A stretch of 64,000 nt of DNA from Oopsacas minuta (lineage: Eukaryota > Animalia > Porifera): positions 722,402-786,401 of the forward strand of contig JAKMXF010000155.1 in assembly GCA_024704765.1 (NCBI GenBank). Reading direction: 5' to 3'. Every line of letters begins with the position of its first letter. Position 1 is the stretch's first letter. Made by a program: the position numbers and the translations under genes. The notes beneath the pieces are model-generated. The model was not told the origin of the DNA, searched no databases, and saw only the letters and a list, made by a program, of their open reading frames with translations. Positions 59,073-64,000 of this stretch are shown here, piece by piece.

Positions 59073-60376
59073 CAGGGTTGGGCATAAGTTCTGTCACATA
59101 TTGAAATAACTATATTTTCCGATAGATATATTGTATTGTGTTGAAATTCGGTATGTACTACTAAATATGGTATAAAGATTCACAGATACGTTTATTATTC
59201 GATGTATCCTCCCTTTCTTTCAATTACAGCCTTTAGCCTCTTAAGGAAGGCCTCTATTGCGGTAAGGAGTGTTTCTTGAGGTACTCTCTTCCATTCTCGA
59301 CACAAAGACTTTTCAGGGAGTCTATATTAGTGTGAGACTTCTAATGCCCTCGTTTCCAAAATGGGCCAGATAGAATAATCCATTGGATTTAATCGGGACT
59401 GCATGGCGGCCATTGCTCCTTTTGAATAAAATCTGGATTATTGCTTCGAAGCCAGATCTGAGTGGCATTCGATGTGTGGGCTGGAGCACCATCTTGTTGG
59501 AACACGAAAGGTTTCCCAGAAAATTTAGTTTCAGAAAGATCTGGGGTTACAGGTTCTAAAATAAGCTCACGGTAGGTTTGGGTGTCGATTTTACGCCCGC
59601 AGGCACGAATATGAGTGGTGTCCGCCAATTGATGATATTTCAGCCCAAACCATGACTGAAAGTGGCTTTTGTATACGGCTGACATATCGAAGTTCTTCTG
59701 GGATAATTGAAATTGGGGATGAGTTGATGCGATCATTTTGAGGGTTCATTACTTCGTCAATGGTGAATAATCTCTCATCTGAAAACAGGAATGAATTGAG
59801 ACCATTGATCCCGTGCCTCTTAAGAAGTCCTTGCTTCTCGGTGCTCTTTTTGCCTTGACTAGGGTCGTGATGTGATTGACTCTCTTTCTCTTAAAAGAGC
59901 GCATATGCAAGTCATTTTTGACAACTCGTCCGATTGATATCCGTGAAACTCTTAGTTCTTTGGCCATTTTGCTCATTGACCGGCGGGGATTTCGGTGAAT
60001 TCGTTGGCGTAGTACTTTTTTAAGCCTTTGAGTCGTTACAGACTGTGGACGTCCAGATCTTGGATTATCACTAATCCCGCCGGTCACTTCATATCGCTCA
60101 ATAGTTCGAGTAATGAACTTCCTTCTACTATTAGGGAATTTCAGAAGATTGAAGATTTCTGACGGATTTTTTCCTGCTTGAAATAATTCAATGATTTTCG
60201 ACTTCTCTTGCTCCATGACCAATTATCCCTTCAAAAGGCTAAGATAATATAAAATTTCAGGGAAAGAGTGAAAAATATATTATAACAAAGTTTGAGCTAA
60301 ATGGCAGATACAAATAACTAATGGAATAATTTTTGGCTGGATTATAATATTGTGGCAGAACTTATGCCCAACCCTG
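59073..60376 (-). mobile_element. maT-type (DD37D) element, full length, decayed
   Basis: TA TSD; TIR cagggttgggcataagttctg; NPRSGRP HTH; FQQDGAPAHT...QWPPCSP...PMDYSIW. Confidence 0.95.
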
Positions 60377-61456
60377 TACTTAGTTTATTTATGATATCTA
60401 TCGTCATGCTTTCCAACTGTCACGCCTTTATAGATATGTGTTGAAGCTAATGTCCCCGAAACTTGACAAAAACATTCATTGTCCCGCTTTTTGGTATTCC
60501 AATATAATGCTAGTATACTACGTCCCGCGATGTCCCGCTAAATTGGTAACTTCGTCTCGCTTTTTTCGCACTCAGGTTGGAAAGTATGTATCGTATACAA
60601 TCCATGAACATTGTTAGTGTTAACATGGAGATTTAGGGAGTGTCTGCTGGCTACCAATTGTAATCCTCCATTTTGCGAGGACCGCTTATTTAGCTTTTGA
60701 TAAATAATTTACTTCGTTGTGTTGGGAACTCGCCTGTTTTATTCGAATGACAAATGAAGAAATACATATTAAGGCTGCACTTCAGAGAGGTGACCATCAT
60801 TGGGTTCAGAGTTTAGATACTTCTGTAATTTGGAAAGGCAACCTTCGAATATTAGCTATTAATAACGACAATGTTGAAGAAGTATTACGGGGTTGGTGTG
60901 CATGTCTGCATTCTAATAAGGTGTTTAAGCCTCATTCGGAACCAAATGGCAGGGACCGCTAAGAAATTATGGCATTTCTTCTACGCAAAGACACATGAAA
61001 ACCTGTGACAAGCACCATACTTCACAATCTCAGCAGCCCACAATTCCTAACTTTGTAACTGTAAAAAAAATGTTTAATTCAAGAATTCAATGCATATTAA
61101 GTAACTAGTACAGAAGATACTTCAATTATCCCTTTGATGTTCTGGAAAGTTAGGCAATTAGAATACCCATGTCTATCACAACTGGCACGTAAGATCTATG
61201 TAATTCCTGCCTCCTCTGGAGGAAGCGAAGGCCATTTCAGTATGTGGTGCTACTCACTCTAAGTGGAGTAATTTAGTCGGATCTACAGTTGAAAGTCTAG
61301 TTGTGTTAAAGAAGGCAGCGTTAAACGGACTCTGGCTGTAAAATTTCCCACAGATTTTATATATTCAAAATTTAGTTATTAGTCTACATTTCAATTTTTC
61401 TATCTTTTCTATATTTCTGTATTAATTAGGATTTATGTGTATAATCATCCATTTTA

Positions 61457-61705
61457 TACTGCCTGGCTAAAAGTATTCGAACGCCAGGGCCACAATTAGC
61501 ACATGGCACCAATAAAATGCCACATTAGTTATAGAAAAATTTTTGAAAATTCTTTCATACATTTTTGAATAAATATTAATTCATCGACTTTGAGCAAAAG
61601 AGATTTTCTACTTTCTGCTATATCCACAGGATATTCAACATATTCTTACCGTGTACCATTGCGTCACAAGTGGCAGGGTGTTCCAATACTTTGGGCCAGG
61701 CAGTG
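61457..61705. mobile_element. Tc1-type MITE (~249 bp)
   Basis: TA flanks; TIR (t/c)actgcctggc..aaagtatt.gaac.cc at both ends. Confidence 0.8.
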
Positions 61706-62536
61706 TAAAATCAAAGTTACCAGTCGCCGGCCGGTCTGGTCGGGTCATGAAAAAGCTGATCGATCTCTGGTCCAGACTATCAATTTGATAAATCTTTGTA
61801 CTTGATCGCTCGAACCATGGAGCATTTTTATATTTAACCGTTTAAACCAGCCACTTCGACACATTTTGTGGATAAAAATACATATAGCTCGTATAGTTTA
61901 ATTCAAGGAATGAATTTCAGATTAAATTCATCATATCCACATCCTTAGATGCTGATTTGGCTATACTCAGGTATTTGCAATAGTGTATGAAAGATGAAGC
62001 TGACATGTGCCTATTAAACGAATTCTGATTTAATGAAATTGCTCCGCTGAATTATGGCATCACACTTATTACCACAAGATGAATTTCTATCGTTTGCCAT
62101 ATTCTTGAAAGTCAAGGGCTCTACATGGTCCATCTGATGAAATCAATGTGTGGAAATTTGAAAACGAAACTAATCTGGGCCATAATATATATGTATATCA
62201 ATTTTTCATGATAATCTGACACCCACGATACCACGGCCCCCGCAGTCCGACGGACGGAAGTCATGCATCTTCCACGCCATTAGGCCATATCCTTATAGGG
62301 GCTGCACAAAATGTGATTCCCTCCATGATGATACATTATGTGTTGGTTAGAATCTTCTTTTTGTCTCTATGTGGAAGTTATATGCCATAATTCATAACTT
62401 CACAATTATATACTAGTTGTAATTTGCGATGTCAACTTCTGAAAATCGAAAAACTCAGATTTATAAACGAAATTTTGAAAAATTACCATGTCATAACACT
62501 ATAAACACATGGCCAAATTATTTGAATCTTATACCT

Positions 62537-62588
62537 AATCAATGATATGCAAATGACTACCCAATCAATGATATGCAAATGACTACCC
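62537..62588. repeat. Tandem duplication of a 26-bp unit containing ATGCAAAT
   Basis: aatcaatgatatgcaaatgactaccc x2. Confidence 0.9.
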
Positions 62589-64000
62589 ACTCGCAAAGTT
62601 TGAAGCAATCAGAGGAGGTTGGGAAAATTACCTATATGTAATTTTGATGGACGTGGATAAACTACTCTTGAAATTTTCTCTTTTTTCAGATTTGATATAC
62701 TGTAGGACTAAAGTTTTAATCCCTCAAGAAGTAAGATCTGTCATTTTTAATCATACAACTAAATACACCCCGGTCACGGTTGGAGAAGCACCGATTACCG
62801 AGGTTAACTCAAGTAAAAACACATTTTCTAACTGTTTCTTTTACTATTCAAATTGAAGTTTCATATTTGTGCAATACAAAGGGAATATTATGCCTAATGG
62901 TTAAGAACCATTACTCCAGGGGAAATCGCACAATGATAACGATATTGGTAGCTTCCCAGCATTTCCCTCTACGATTTATAAACTGACTTCACTTTAAGCC
63001 TTCCATATTCGGTGACATAAGCTTAATTCTTGTGATTCCTCAGATTATTTTCTTATTTTTCTGCATCAATATGCTTAGAATATAAATCTCCCAGCTGTCA
63101 CTTAAAGGATTTATAAAGTTTTGTTTCAATTATCATATACTCCATAAATGAAAGGAATGTTAACTCTCCAGTTGGGGCCATTATTATCCATAAAACTGTT
63201 CAGTGTTTTGGTATATAATGTATTATTGATGGATAGTTAGCTGTATATGAAGAGTATATTGCACATAGTGGCATAATTCAGAATCTCTGCCTTTTTAATT
63301 TTGCAGTTATCACACCTTTATGTGCACATAAATGTGTTATATTGCCAATAATTCGAAAACAGCTGGAGTGAGATCTGCAAGATTTATTACCCCGTAAGGG
63401 GAGGTTGTTCATGGGGAGCCTATTGACCCAGTAGGCTATCCATGCCATTTATATACTAACCAGTGAGTCCATCGAAATTTTGTAGTGGGCATAGCGATAC
63501 TTGGAGTAAGTATATATGGGGAATATTCTTTTACTATATTATCGAAATGGTACACTTAGCTGACTAATGTATTAGTTGTATTAACTATTACAATCCATAT
63601 CTACAAATTTTTCGGCACGAAATGACGTCAGCAAATTGCTTTTAGGCAGATTCTAACAACCAAAAATAATCGATTTGGAAACTCTGTAATGAGTCTATTA
63701 TTGCTTGTAGGATTGCATATTTCTGCATGGGATTTCAGTTTTCATTTACAGCATCAAAATTATTCATGATAAAGTAGTGACCATGGATAATATATTTTGC
63801 CAAGGTTCACCAATAACTTGACAACTTTCACAGTTATGGTCAAATCATCATGTACACTAGGCCGGATCGAGAAAAGTATACATCACCGTTTCAACTTCTA
63901 CCTAAGGCAAAAGTTGCCTTTACTCTTTTCTAGGAAAATGCGAGACATAAATTTGAAAAATATTTCGAGTTGACCCTTGCGGTTTTATATTTTTGCTGTG

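Larger units (their letters stand above)
58803..61769 (+). mobile_element. hAT (Ac/hobo-type) element, internally deleted, hosting a maT element and a MITE
   Basis: Ends CAGAGAT.. / ..ATCTCTG; 8-bp TSD GTCCAGAT / GTCCAGAC (7/8, nTnnnnAn); dimerisation domain FWKVRQLEYPCLSQLARKIYVIPASSGGSEGHFS at ~61080-61340. Confidence 0.85.

Overview
AT-rich eukaryotic (invertebrate-like) genomic DNA; the species cannot be determined from the sequence. I found no rRNA, tRNA or CRISPR. A spliced protein-coding gene on the + strand can be traced through six GT-AG exons over about 44 kb (4732-48445). Only the last exon appears in the ORF track, three internal exons need small indel corrections, and I do not recognise the product. 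Its introns and downstream flank are filled with decayed, often nested DNA transposons: mariner DD34D, maT DD37D, Tc1-like DD37E, three hAT-type, three Chapaev3-like, two Mutator/MULE types, a KDZ/Zisupton-like remnant and several MITEs. The standout is a near-perfect inverted duplication of a GC-rich MULE transposase remnant (two 925-bp arms, 73-bp spacer, one mismatch; 23942-25864) inside the 24-kb intron of the host gene. This architecture resembles maize Mu killer and would fold into a long dsRNA hairpin in the host pre-mRNA. A fold-back assembly artefact has to be excluded first. All alignments and translations were done by eye; no database searches were run.
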